Assembly: GCA_030141605.1 (NCBI GenBank)
Contig: JAQGDQ010000062.1
Coordinates: forward strand, 62,001 to 126,000
Length of the DNA stretch: 64,000 nucleotides
Direction: 5' to 3'
Source: Tubiluchus corallicola
Taxonomy: Eukaryota; Animalia; Priapulida
Part shown: positions 1 through 15,558 of the stretch, one piece after another
Layout of the letters: every line of letters begins with the position of its first letter
Position numbering within the stretch: position 1 is the stretch's first letter
Notes under the pieces: model-generated
What the model was told of the DNA's origin: nothing
Database searches by the model: none
Seen by the model: only the letters and a program-made list of their open reading frames with translations
Made by a program: the position numbers and the translations under genes

Positions 1-2407
1 GACATCTCTGTATATTTGTTTTGAATATAGTTGAAGAAATAATTATTAAGTCCTCTGCAGAAGCAAGCGTTCATTAAACCACCATTTCAATAATTTAACT
101 AGGATAACATTTTGCTCACAGCCGAAACTGACTGAAATAAGAAATGCTTTTAGACCCGTTCACTTGTAGTCATTAATGCTCGAACATTCTACGTAAATTG
201 CTGCTTTGATGATGGCAATGTAGACTAATTGATAACAACACAAATTAACATTAACAGCCAGCTTAATGAAACATTCTGTAGTCAGAATATAATGGGTGCC
301 CAATCTCAAACAGAAGTGTATTGAAGACAGTAAAATGGTAATTTTTTGTTACATAATGGGTACATCAGATTATGATACACATGTCTTACACACGTCTACG
401 GTCTGAAACTTCTTCACCTACCGTCGCCGCACATTTCGGAACCATGTGACAAACGCTCCTAGCCGTTGTAAGTAAGTTCAGACAAGTGAAACCACTTCGT
501 AAACCTGGTCTCACAGTTTCACGTTATCCACGATACTCTGAAACATAAAACAAACAAACGAATTATCCTGATTGGTCTCACGTTCATCAAAACACTTCAA
601 CAGCAGCGGCTGAGTGAAAGTACGGGTGTTTTTATAAGGTTTGCCTTTTTCATGGTAAAATTCTGTTTGCACGTTTTCTTTCAGTGATCAGACTGAATTT
701 CAGTTTGTTACTGAAAATGCATTTATTCGGAGTTAATATCGTCTTATATTTGTTAAAAGTATCAGATGGTAGAATATTTTTAAACTGACTTTATGTAAGT
801 TCCCTTTATTCAGTAGCTACATTGCAATTGGGAATTCTATGAAACTGGTAATAACGTAACTCTCGTAATTTACTATCACAATTGCAGCTACTCAGTACTC
901 GATTATATTATAAAGCAATGTTACAGTTATGTTTTTATTAAGCCTGAGTACGTCCGGCAAGCAATAACAATGTTGTAGGCTACTGGCGTCAGCTAGTTGT
1001 TATGGCATCTCTAGCAGTTTTACGCAATTATGACATTAACGTCATAATTGTGTTATTGAGACTAACGGAAACGTTATAAATGCTTCTTTGTTTTGTTATT
1101 TATTATATATTTTGGTATACCCAGCTCCAGGCAAATCGCATTTAACGTGTTTAAACAACGTTTTGTTAAAGAAAATATTGTTAGATTGATTCATTAATAA
1201 AGATTTTGTTACACTTTATTTAAAATAACATCGATTTTTAACGGAGAGGTAGAAAAAGAACACTCACGCAGTGGCATGCACCGCACAGTTTTTATTCACA
1301 GTTTGATCAGAGGGTTACTTGCACATTAGGAATTCATTTGGCTACATATTCTATGCTTTTTCGCTGGAACGGATATCTTATTATAGAAAGAATTGAACAC
1401 AATGAAGCAAATCATCTGTATTTCTTGCTTCGTATGGGCAGGTCAATTGCTATAGTTCCTATGTTCACAATTCACATCCATTATATTATAATTGTTAATC
1501 AAGTCTCTGAAAATAAAAAGGAGCAGCACTGAGAAACTATATTAACTTTCTACTTAGCTCTACGTAATAGCTACGTAGTAGGAACAGTAGTAGCAGTCGT
1601 GGTGTTCTTTATTTGCCTTTAAAGGAAAGACCAAGCCTTCTAAAAAGTTAGGTTTATTTCTGTGTTTGCGAAAAATGTTAGAAGGTTGTAGTAATAAAAC
1701 TGCAATAAGCACCTCCTGTATCAGTAAAATCACTTTAAAGTCGCTGTCACTTCATGCTTGGGCGCTCCCATTTTCAATGCCCTTTCTTCTTCCAATGACG
1801 TCATTCGTCTTGAAGAAAAGTAACGCACTGTAAATCTTCACCAAAATTATAATCAAACATCTAATAAGTCTTTTACAAAAAATATAGCTAATTTAGTAAT
1901 ATTTCGTGCGTCAATTAGGTAAAATGCAGAAATTTGAATTAGTTTAAGCAGCGCGCGCGCTTACGAAATGCAGCCAAGTCTCCCAGTCACGTTGTGATTT
2001 TCAAGTGAATAGCGGCAACCACCACGCCTGAAAATTTCTATTCAGAGGTAATACTTTAAATATATGCTTTATAGGCAGTTCTTTGCAAATATCTTTGATA
2101 TACTTTTCTAAGTTTAAGTTATGACAGCAAAATAAACCCAACATACTGTAGCGAAACCGGATGGTGCTGATGCGCATAAAACTCGTAGGTTGAAATAAAG
2201 AAGACTTGTTAGGAACCTATTTCGTGTTCTTCATGCAGGTTTACAAGAACGGTGCTGAAATATTAAAAACAACTGACCCGTTTATCTGTTGAATCGACAA
2301 GACCATTCCATGGCGACGGTTTTATACCAGGAAACGACGCCATGTATAGTACGCTTGGTACGGACGATACCATCACAATGTAGAGGGGGATCGAAAATAA
2401 TGGCATT

Positions 2408-3120
<713 letters not shown>

Positions 3121-3738
3121 TCTCTCAAGGTATCATAACACCCACTACGGCCTTGGTTTTTCATGCTTCATGTAATAAGCCAGTACAGCTTAGTTGACGT
3201 TGCAATCGAGTTGGATCTTTGAAACACAACATCAAACTCGCTAAGCAAAGCAGATTCAGGTGTGTACGTTATCATGCATTCTGGTCATTAATTTTGCTTC
3301 GCGTATGCTTGGGTTTAGCCTGTGCTTCTCAAGCTTTTTTGCCCCACGCACCCTTTTCGCCATAATTATGTGAAAATGTCATTTTCCCTCTTTCCCTCAT
3401 GATTGTACGATATTTTTAGTTCATTGCCCCATGTTCCGTTTGTGCCAGATATTACTATGTTACCGTGATTTCCCCTTATTCCAAGATTGTGATTCTATAT
3501 TAATACACAGATTTTTATAACGGATTTTTACGAAATTACTGCTGAAAAGCAATGGAAAATGTTAATGGGTTTTAAAATGTGAAATGAAAAAGTACTTTTA
3601 AACTAAGTCATGATACTAGCATTTAAGAACTTGAAAAGAAGTTTTTTACTTAATCTTTGTCACTCAAAAATATTATGTCTTACTTTAAACTAAAGATAGA
3701 TCTAGCTATATTATGGTTTTTTAGTACTTTTATCAAAA

Positions 3739-4410
<672 letters not shown>

Positions 4411-5071
4411 TATACTGCAATTATTAGTTGTATTTTAAAATTTCTTGTTTATTACCATAAATCTATCTTTCATGATAATTAAATGCCTCAGGTCTCAAAA
4501 ATGCTTCTATTGGGGTACTCCCTCAGACCCTGCACCCGTGGGGGGAATTTTCACTGAAGAACAAGGAGACGGCTGAGCAACGCAATGCTACGACATTTTC
4601 AATTTTACCATTCAAGTCATATTATAACAGCAAAAATTAATTTCAACTATTAATTTCATTCATTTTAATGTAGCCTACCAAAACTTAACAGGCACTATTA
4701 AAAGAGACAAGTAATTATGAGATTATGAATATTTGTTGGATAGGAAATTTCTGTAAGTATTTGTGTTCCGTACACAAATCATTACTGTTAAGTTACTAGA
4801 GTATCATGTTTTCTAAATTTAATTTTAATTTATATTTAGATTCGTTTGTGCTGTTTACTGTGTAAGTGTGGTAGCTCCTGGATATTTAGTGAGTCGAAAA
4901 AAGGAAGAAGCTATTTTTGTCGGTGCGCTTCCGGCTTGCTACGAGAGAGTTAGATTCAAAGACAGCAAACAGTATGTGTTAATTGCATAACATATCAAGT
5001 TTTAAATTACAGTAGTTATTGACAGTAACTGCACAGTTGTTTTTATTCAGAAAGCCAAAAATAATACTATA

Positions 5072-8000
5072 ATGTATTTTATAACAGAGTTCGCACCTTT
5101 CTTGACCGATCATTGGCTTGAGTGTGTAAGTTTAATAGCTCTGTTTTACTTTTTTTATTATGTTATTCCAATTTATATTCCAACACGCGCATGTTCCACT
5201 TCAAGTCTTAAAAGTAGTGGTGATTGGGTACCTTATGTGAAGAGCGACCTTGAATATGTTGGTTTGTGGGACAATGAACAAGAGCAAAATACACAAGATA
5301 TCTGTGATAGTGACAACATTCAAGAGGAAGAGGCTGGACGAATTCTTTATGAAGGTGCAAAGCTAAGTAAAAAGGAATCAGTACAACAATCGCAAAGTTT
5401 CTATGAACTTATGAATAAACGTCGGTCTGTAAGAGATTTCAGCAATGAGCCTGTACCTCTCCAAGTCATTGAAAATATTATTCACACTGCAGGTATGCAC
5501 TGATTAATTTGTTGCAATTTACTTTACTGTTTTACTGTGCATTGTGAGATTTGTGACTTTGGGTCTTGTGTACTGGTACTTTTGCCACATTCGCTATTGC
5601 ATACAGCTAGTCGGAGTTACACGTTTTGATGTGCCTGCCCCCTTGCATGTTTTTCCTGCTCATATGTAGGTATTCTTTCATCTGAGCTATTGGAGTCAAT
5701 CCTTATTTATTACAAACTTTTTCTCCATGGTCTCCAATCATTTCGATCACTGACCACAGTGAGATGCAAATTTCAACTTGACCATCTAGAATTTATAACG
5801 TAACATATCATGAGACAACGTAATGATAATCTTAACGTGTTGTGACTGAAAATCAATAGCTATATGGATAAATGAATTTTAATTAAGACATAAATTATGA
5901 CTATGTTACAGCATAACAAATTACAAAATAGCTTAACAAGTGACAGCAAGTTTATGAATGTACTCTGCACAGTAATGTACATATAATTTTTGTTCTCTTT
6001 GTATGTACAGGTACTTCTCCTAGTGGAGCTCATACAGAACCGTGGACGTTTGTGGTCGTATCAGAGAGCGAATATAAAAAGTCTCTTAGGCAAATCATTG
6101 AAGAAGAAGAATACCTTAATTATAGGTGCTTATTTCTATTAGTAGACATATTTTAAGTTTACTGTTGAGTATTGAATATTTGTAACAATGCGGGAATAGT
6201 GTCTTTGAATTGCAGTTTATTTTGGTAGTTGCTGTTTATGATGTTTTTTGCTGAACTGAACTATATAGATGATCGATCTTTGTTTTTCTCATTAGAAGAA
6301 ATGTTTTTTGATAATTATTAGTTTTGAAGAAATTTGGAATTTAATTTCCATCAGAGTCATTATGCTGATTCATGACAATATATGTTCACAGTATTTGACA
6401 CACGATACACGAACAACTTCTGTTCAAATTCTGAATGGAACGAAATTTTAGGCATTTACAATAATGCAAGAATGAAGGAAAGAAAAATTTGAAAAAATAG
6501 CGGTAATAGCGGCAACAAACATATTATGACTATTTTGGTAAATTAAAATTAGAATATTTTTCTGCCGACATTGCTAACTGGAAGATGCCATGATTGGATG
6601 GTAAATACAAAAGAACGCGTAGCTAACGGAATCATGTGGTGCCATCCTACTGTCAAACAGATCGCAAGGTGGATGCACACAGGACATGATATTTAAGAGG
6701 CATTTTAATAAAAACAGCTAACTCTTAAATAAATATTGATGCAATAATTGTAAGGAGAAAATCGTCAAATTATTCAGATGATTTATTGCACATGTCATTC
6801 AGCTAAACTTGTACATGTGAAATCAATTGAATTAATCCTCTGGTTTTATAGTAACTAAAATGATTAAAAACATCACAACTTTATTAAAAACTTTTACATT
6901 AAGAGGTTAAAAGTTAAAATCGTACCAAACGTTTCGACTAGCTGCTGCTGTCATCATCAGTAGTAAATTTACAAACATACTACCAGTTTATATAGGCGGA
7001 GCCTATTATTCACTAATTCAGTAGTTAACAGAAGCCAAACAGGTAATGAATAAACAGACTACTAACGAAATTGATACAGCAGCTTAAACACTAATTGTGT
7101 GTTTACAAAAGCCAAATAGGTAAACAGACTTTTACCAAATAGGTAAAAGAAATTGATACAGTAACAAACTGTAATTTTAGAATGACTAAAATGGGAAGAA
7201 AATGTCTTAAAGTCTCACAGGCATTAGTGGCATTTCTTACAGGAGCTTTTGTTGGTCTTGCTAGTAGTTCAGCTATATAACAATGCTAAAATTGCCATAC
7301 AGAACAATCAGGTAAAACGTTCGTTAAACTTAGCAGTCTGTCAGGTTTTAGCTTGAGAGGTCACAACCACTTGTGTAGGCTAATAAATTGTTCTAACCAC
7401 TTTGACGCTCGAGGACATTTTATTTCTACTGCAGTACGGCAAGTCTCAAGAATGCACACGCATTTCAATTTTTTTTCAAATTCACTGTATCATTTTTAAG
7501 AAATTCCATTGATGAAAAAATTCAACCTAGTATTTTTTTTACTGTAGCCATAGGTTTCTGGAGTAAAACTTGTTGACTGAGGTTAATAGTCCATTATTGT
7601 TTTCTGAATAGGTCGTCCTAGTGTGGAATTTGTGATTTAATTAAATCAAATTAACTGCAAAAATACCTATTTATGTCGTGATTTTTAAAATTTGATGAAC
7701 TTTGTGACTGTTCTTATTAGATAGTTGTTTATTGTGGGATCTGTACCGGCAAGTTTTTGTGATAATCAGGAATTCAAAGTGTGGTGCATGATTCTTCTTT
7801 GTTATCATTATAATGCTTGATGGGCTCGTTTTTCTTGTATTTAGTTGGTGACCTAGTGAGCGCATTGTGTTTTGTTGAAATCATTGCTAGAATTATCCGT
7901 GTCTCTCTTTATTAGGCTGCTAGCTGATTAGTTAATAAGCTTTGTTTTGTTTTAGTAAACGCATGGGAAAAAAATGGACATCGGATCTGAAACCAATCGG

Positions 8001-10814
8001 AACTAGTTGGGAGAAACCTTATCTAGAGAATGCTCCATATATTATTGTGATCTTCAAGCAGACGTACGGTTTTTGGTCGGATGGCAGCAGGAGAACTCAT
8101 TACTACAATGAAATCAGCACGTCAATTGCCTGTGGTCTTCTGCTATGTGCAATACATGTATGAAGAGTTTGGTCTCTGTAGCTAACTATTAACACAAAAT
8201 GAATCGTAAATAGCAGTTCATTCAGTGAAATTTTATTTCTTGCATTCCCAATTAAAGATGTAAAATGAAAGGTACACTGTGAATACTTTATTCATCATTA
8301 CTTTAGGCTCATTATCAATCCAAATGATCCAATTATCTATGTATGGCATGGTCCGCAATTCAGCAAAACTATAGTGGTTTGACAGAGCAGAACTACAGAA
8401 AGCCAACTAAGTTAGTAGCTTATGGTGTATTTAATAGGGTACCAAGTGAAATTTACTTAAATTTCTTTCATAATTACATACTGCTCTTTATAGTGAAATA
8501 AAAGTATGAAATTACGATACAGTATCAACTCCTGAGGTATGCTGCCCTTTGCACAAGATAAGTAAACTTCGCGTAAAGAAATACTTTTCATGCATTGTTA
8601 TGTGCAAATTTTTAAACCAGATTTTTGACTTTCACCGTTTGAGCCAAGTTGCGCTCGTCTGATACGTAATCACCATTTTTGGAAAGGCAGAATTGGAGGT
8701 CATTTGACATAACTGTTTGGATTAATTTTGAGACAGGGAGGTAGTGAGACAGCTTCTAAAGTTTTTTTAAAGGACTGTTACAATTTTTTAATGCCTATAG
8801 TGTAACTGTGACTGAAGCCGATTTCATTGTTTTAATCTATGACCTCAGTTCTATATCTGAAGCTGAGATAGTGGCGTTACATCGACCACGGCAATTTTAA
8901 TCAAATTTTAACAGTGTACCGATTTGTATCTGTCGGTAAACCACGTGATTAAGCAGAGGCACAATTTATTCGTCCGTTTTTGTATTAGACTTCGACGTGT
9001 AACACTTTTCGACCGTCGGAATCGAAATGTCGCAATAAGTATCACAATAAGTTGTTAGTGATATAATTGAACTCGGTTTATTTGCAAACGGCATACGATC
9101 TCTGTAACATTTATTGTTGCGGCAGAGAGATTGCGAATTGTGAATCGTGAATAAATGATTCATATAAATTAATTCATTTCATTATAAGAACTATCACTTT
9201 CAATTTGTGTGTTTAATATAACGTTGTGTCTAACAAGAGAGCAACCATAGGTAGTGATTCTCTATCTCGTCTATACGCTGAGCTGGCCCTGATCATATTT
9301 CATGCAAGCATTTGAATATTCAAGTTATTGAATAATGTGCCAAGTACAACCTGCATTTGAGTACATATTGCATTTATAATTATCTGAATGTGCTGTCAGA
9401 GGCCTTTTGTAGTTGCCGCTTATATTGACACTGCTAATTGTACTTTACTTTTATTGAGATGGTCTATGGAGATCATTTACGTAGACATTTTTAGGCATGA
9501 ATTACTTTTGCGAGGAATTTTCAGAAAACCACCGTACAGACATTAATCAGATCAAATTTATCTACGTTGCACTAGGGCATGGATCTGAGTTCAGACCAAA
9601 AATGGTAAATAGTGTAAGTCCATTTGTTGTCAGCTCACATACGGTGCTACACACTTTTTAAGGGGCAAAATCTTAAAGAATTTACTGGGAATCATGTCCT
9701 GGTATTGACAATAAGTTTGTGAACTGAGTTCATGAAACATTAGAAATTATGATTTGCTTTTGGTGCGTCTCGGAGTCCCTAGGAATATGCTAGGATATTA
9801 GGACAGAGGTTATAGGTTTTTTAAATTTTCCAAGCAGAATTTCTAAAATTTTCATGTATTTTAAAATTTAGTAGTAAAACAGTTATTTAAAGAACGCATA
9901 TAACACAATTGAATTATGGTTTTTCATAACTTCAGGATCAGTAAGTGTCACAGATCAATCTCCAATTTAAAATTAGTGTATATTAGACTCAGGTTGTACT
10001 AATGTTGTATTAAAACTTCAAAGTTCTAATTGTATAGACACACAAAAATGATACTAAATTAGGAAGCCTGAAAAAAAATTCACATCCACTGTTTTCTTTA
10101 GATACGATAATTGCAAAGAAAATAATGTTGATGCATCCAAGTTTAAAAACTATTTTGACTGCCACAAAAACATTTTATTGGTAGCCTGCTTAAATGCAGA
10201 AATAAAGAACTGGCGTGTTGTTTATCACAAAATTGAATGATTGCATTGTTTTGTAATAAGGTTTATGAGACTTAAACTTTAACTATACAATATGTATGAA
10301 TATGATTGCTTGTTTATTTCTCAATAGATGTTTACTTTAAATTTGTGGTGCTTTATAGCAATATTCAAGGATGTTACATTGCTATATAATATACTATATA
10401 TGTTAGAATTAGGCAGGAGTTTAAAATACTGTACAAGGCATGATAACTATTTATTTGCTTTAAACTTAGAATATGTTTCTGATAAATACAGAAGCTTATT
10501 GTTTTGCACATGTCAGTATTATGTTGGTATTAAAAAAGTAAGTGTCACCAAGCTGTTGCAAGCCCAGTACAGTAAAAGATTATAAAAAACTATATTAGTT
10601 TAAAATACTTTCATTTTTTATCTGTTTGCAGAATGCCGGACTGGTTACCGTAACAACTACGCCATTGAATGCTGGTCCAGCAATACGCCGGTTGCTAGAC
10701 AGACCCGAGAATGAGAAAGTTTTGTTAGTCATGCCTGTTGGATATCCGGCAGAAGATGCTACGGTCCCTGAGCTATACCGCAAACCTCTTAATGACATAA
10801 TGATTTGTAGATAA
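5072..10814 (+). CDS. IYD: Iodotyrosine deiodinase (FMN-dependent nitroreductase family), 4 exons, 306 aa
   Basis: Exons 5072-5492, 6011-6125, 7956-8157, 10632-10814. All introns GT-AG with matching phases (1,2,0); total 921 nt. Translation gives a hydrophobic N-terminal anchor, then [81 protein letters not shown] and [12 protein letters not shown], matching recalled IYD motifs. Confidence 0.96.
6922..6965 (-). ncRNA. Minimal type I hammerhead ribozyme motif of Penelope-like element type, in IYD intron 2 (antisense)
   Basis: Minus strand reads UACUA-CUGAUGA-U-GACAGC-AGCA-GCUAGUC-GAAA-CG-UU-UGGUA. It has the core CUGAUGA and GAAA boxes, a stem II hairpin, a palindromic ACGU stem III, and stem I UACUA/UGGUA. 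Confidence 0.75.
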
Positions 10815-11414
10815 AGGAATTACATGGATTTCTTAACATTTTTGATATAACTGAGATTTAAATTAGGTCGATTAAAAATTTTATGTTTGTACAGTCTTCA
10901 AAACATGAAATTGAGGTTTTCTGCAATCGGCTCCTTTTATCCTTGGATTATGGTAATACCATATTATTGTTATTTTAACGTATAAATATTTGTGTAATAC
11001 ATTGTACCTAGAAATATTGTCATCAAATGACGCTAAAAATTGTATATAAAAATTAAATCCATTTACTAATGTGGAATTGTTTTATTTTGAATTTAACATT
11101 TAAAAATTAATATAGTGTCAAACATCTTTATAGTGCCTACTTTGAGACTGCAAAACATTAGGCATTAAGGCAGAGTTTAGCATTGTAATAATGTGCATTA
11201 ATACAAATATGTCCTTGCAAATATTTTGTTTTGCCAAAAGTTTGGGTGTTAAGCAAGGTTGGCGTTGTAAAGGGGACCGTTATAAAATGAGGTCTGATTG
11301 CAATTTATTTGTTTTGATCCACACATTTATAATGCCCACTGTGCACAATTTATTACAACTGTATAGAGACCGCTGGCAAAAGACTATATAATGGCCACAT
11401 GACAGTCACCCCTA

Positions 11415-12890
11415 GGCTTCCTTTTTGGGGTTTGACTGACTATTTTAGCCTTAATTTACTGCTTTAATTTTAGTTGTTTTAATTTTGTCAACTGAAAAGC
11501 TCCTCGTGAATTAATATGTTCGATGTGTGTGATGCGAAATAAACTCACAGTTATTGTTACTTTGTTGCTGTAACAATTCATTAAGTCATTCATAACTAAT
11601 TTTACAATCAGCGATGCTCAGTTTTTAAAATAAAGGAAGCAATTATTGTTACTTTGTTACTGTAACCATTCATTAAAATCAGTCATTCATAACTAATTAC
11701 AGTCAGTGACTTTCAGCTTTTGAAGTGAAGGTAACCTCAAGCCTTTAAGAAAATTGAAATAAGTCAAAAGGTGTAACAAATTATGCATATAGTTATTTCA
11801 CTAGTATAATGCAAGGAAGACTGTTTTACTCAACTTTCAGACGCTGTTAAAAATTGTCATGACAGGGAGGGCACTCATTATTTAAGTTAGCAGAGCTCTA
11901 CAGAGTCCTTGCCTGCAAATAATAGTAAGACACCTGATGCTGCATGAAGCCACCCGATATATATGACAGACAATCAGTCCCAATGACAGACAGTCAGTCC
12001 AATGACAGAAAATGACCTATAACTCTGCAGTAATAATATCAATTCATTCACGACATGATTCAGATGAGTGATTGAGCAGCTAACCAAAAAGTAGTTTCAC
12101 TAGTAGGTTACCTTCATTTCAAAAACTGAGGGGCACTGTAATTAGTTATGAATGACTGATTTGAATGAATGGTTATACTGTTTTAACAAAGTAACAATAA
12201 TTGTGAGTTTATTTTACATCACACACATCGAATATACTAATACACAAGGAGCTTTTCAATCGACAGAATTGATACAACCCAAATTAAACAGTAAATAAGG
12301 CCTAAATAGTCAGTTAAACCCTAAAAAGAAGCCATGTAAATGTATTTAAAGCAAAGAAGAAACAAAAAACTTACTACTTTTTTATTTTATTTTACCATAT
12401 TTTATCATCACAAAAAGGAGCTTGATGAATTTTATCTGTGAGCATAGATAATCCAACAGAATAATGTCAGCCTGCTGTTCTTGTAAATGCTTTCATGATT
12501 ATTCTTGCATTATCCTTCTTATTTCCATCATTTTAAAAACTGGGGTCACTGATTGTAGTTAGTTATAAATAGCTGATCTTAATGAATCGTTACAGAAACA
12601 AAGTAGCAATGATTGTGAGTTTATTTTACATCACACATATCGAATATATTAATCCACGAGGAGTTCTGCAATTGATAAAATTAAAACAACCCAAATTAAA
12701 GCAGTAAATTAAGGCCTGTATTTATTGCAAAGAAGAAAGAAAAAACATACTACTTTTTTGTTTTATTTTATCACCAGAAAAGGAAATTGACGACTTTTAT
12801 CTGAGAGCATAGATAATCCAACAGAATAATGTCAGCCTGCTGTTCTTGTAAACACATTCATGATTATTCTTGCATTATCCGTCTTATTAC
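11415..12890. repeat. Inverted repeat (about 11415-11735 vs 12107-12333) combined with a tandem duplication (about 12110-12520 vs 12525-12890)
   Basis: ttcgatgtgtgtgatgcgaaataaactcaca (~11519) is the approximate reverse complement of tgtgagtttattttacatcacacacatcgaa (~12202), which recurs at ~12614. gagcatagataatccaacagaataatgtcagcctgctgttcttgtaaa occurs at ~12440 and ~12806. Confidence 0.85.
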
Positions 12891-15301
12891 GCCTAGTGAA
12901 TCATTCGCTGTCATGAGCAATAAGAGATAGTGGATAAATGTCAAGATCAAATTTGTCGTGCAATTCATGTCATCCAAGTGATAATTACGTCACCAGAGGC
13001 TTATGAAAAAACGTACATCGGATTTTTGCGTAAGCATTGTTACCACAGAATGATTCCTTATGACAAGATTTGGAACAATTATTTTCCTTGTGAAAGAAAA
13101 AAGCGTTAGATGGCCAATGTGATCCTAACATAATTGACGTCAAGCATATTGGTTTATCGCTCCACCCCCGCTGCAACGTAAAAACGCTCGGCTGCATTCG
13201 GACAACAACTAAACTAAACTAAGCAACATGACAGTCACAACTAACGTCTAATCAGCAGATAGACTGGTTGCTCCTTTTCATAAACACAAATTTGCAGAGC
13301 AGCGGCTATTTTAACACGAAATTAACACTTCAAGCAGCCAAAAAGTGACTTCAATTTAAACAGAATGTAGAGACGAAGTTTCACAAGACTACAGCATACA
13401 GAGACATAAATATAATAAAGAAACTAAGCCAGTTACCCTTGATTTACAATAAATGAGCAACAAAAAATATTAAGTCTCTCTTGTCTTTAAACATACGAAC
13501 ATCAAGCCTGCAATGTATTTTTCTATATTAATTGATCATGTGCTCGTCTGCAAGATTTAAGTTTTTGTATTTTTCCGTTTGTTATGCTTCTCTGGCATAT
13601 GCGTCCCTTTGTTTTTCATTGCTGTGTTACTAGTGATGTCTTGTCTTCGGTACTGTAGGCCTACGCAATCTCTGTGCTTAAATAGCGATGGCTGTTATAA
13701 ATTATAAAATATTATAATGTTGAAACATTAGTGACTGTTCGTACATTTCCTTCTATCTAAAGATAGTACATTCACAGTGTCGTACTGAAATATATAGTCT
13801 TTTCAATTACTTTACTATGAGATTTGTTTGCTAGGTATATGTAGTTAGCATAAAAAACTCAATTCTCCGTGAAAGGAGTTTTCCCGTGAAAGGTTCAAGG
13901 TCACGATCACAGATAGTTGACCTAAACGTTTGAATGACATTTGCTCATGCAAGGTTTTGGGTCAAGGTCACACATCCACACACACACACACCCATACCCA
14001 CCAACCATGAACTGTTTTGCGTACGAAAAGTTTGGTTCAAGGTTTTATGATTAGATTAGGTTAGATGATTTATCTTCAAACTTGAGAAGGCTGTACACTA
14101 GTTCTTGTCTAGAACTCGAAGCCTTCACAGACATGAACGTGCAGTTCAAGGGTGAGGTGAAGTTCATATTTTCGACCCTTGACTGGAACTAACTTTGCTA
14201 TGCAGGGAAGGTCCTGATTCCTATATGCTCAGTGAATTAATCACCTATTTATTCCCAATCAGAATTTCGTAATTTGAATACCAACACTACTTTGTTTTCT
14301 ACTTCATTACAGGGCTATTATAACTTAATACATACACCTAAAATGTTGTTTACCGATGACACAGCAACGCAACTGCATTTCAGCAAGTCTTTTATACTTT
14401 GAGATTCGATTGGATAAGCCTTAAGCTTACTTGTTGAGGACTCCAAGCTCTGCGTGATTGTGCGTGTGGCGTTACAACTAAATCAACTAGAGATATTGAC
14501 GCAGGTTTGTCCTCGAATGGCTTCGTTGATGTTGACGTCTCTTGTGCGGTGTCACTGAAGTGCGCGTTGCTCCCCTTGCGGTTCTATTGAAGTGTAATTT
14601 GTCGGCAAGCAGAGCATCCGGTACTAACAGGAAATAATATTGTGTTGGTGATTACAATAAAGGACTGTCGTTCATCTAGTCCGTTATCTTCTGAACTCTT
14701 TAAATATTTTATGGAACATTTTTGGTGTTCTCGAGCGGCTGAAGGTAATGTTCGCTAAAAATTGTAAATACAAAAGAACTTTTAAATGGCACAAAAAGTT
14801 TTTTCTGAAAGTTTTTTGCGAACGAATTTTAACGACTAGACGTGGTTCATATTTGCACATTGAAATTCATGTATGCAGTAACGTTACTGGTGTGCATTTT
14901 ATTACTTTTTATTTCACATGGTTCACTGTATTTGGGAAAGAACTATTGACACTTGTAATTACGTTGTTTTTTGCGCACTAAATTGACCTGACAAAATCTC
15001 TCAGTTATGAGGCTAAAAACTTGTAAATATGCTACACATATGACGCATATTAAGAACAAATCGTCCTATTAAAAGTTTTCGTAACGGCTTCTTCCACAAA
15101 AAACTGTGAGTAGGATGGTTATACAGAATTTATCGGTGGAGGTTGCTTGGGAAAACCATACCGACGCTATTATTGTGGGTTTAATTGCACCAATAACAAT
15201 ATTCTTGCAGTTGAGAGTATAAATAATTAACTAATTATTGCGCATAATGTATGCAGGCTTTAAATTCAGACTGTGTTTGCGCTATAAAAAGAATAGAATT
15301 A

Positions 15302-15492
15302 TAGTTGAACCTCGTTATCACGCCCCCTCCCTTTAGAATGCCAATCCAGCTCAACGGCCACACGTTTACCACAACAAAATGTCTATACTTGCCTAGACAT
15401 GTATGTACTAACGTACTCGTTATAATGCCAAACTGGCCATTAAGCGAACTTTTTTGCTGTCCCAAAGCAGACGTTATAAAGAGGTTTGACTG
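15302..15492. mobile_element. Tc1/mariner (pogo-like) MITE, about 190 bp
   Basis: TA-flanked imperfect TIRs TAGTTGAACCTCGTTATCACG / CGTTATAAAGAGGTTTGACTG. A second diverged copy lies at 52396-52588. Confidence 0.7.
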
Positions 15493-15558
15493 TAGTGCTA
15501 ACTCTATTGTAAGTAAACAAATAGTTGGGTGATGGGCCGGTTGGCTAGCATACAAAGA

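Noticed and set aside
5041-5072. Acceptor just before the IYD ATG as evidence of spliced-leader trans-splicing
   Set aside because: A cis donor (GTATGT at 4972) gives an ordinary 79-nt 5' UTR intron, so trans-splicing is not needed.
8630-9650. Weak inverted similarity within IYD intron 3
   Set aside because: Only short patches match; termini and TSD could not be defined by eye.
5072-11100. Possible selenoprotein deiodinase or SECIS element
   Set aside because: The protein is the flavin nitroreductase-type IYD, has no in-frame TGA and ends in TAA.
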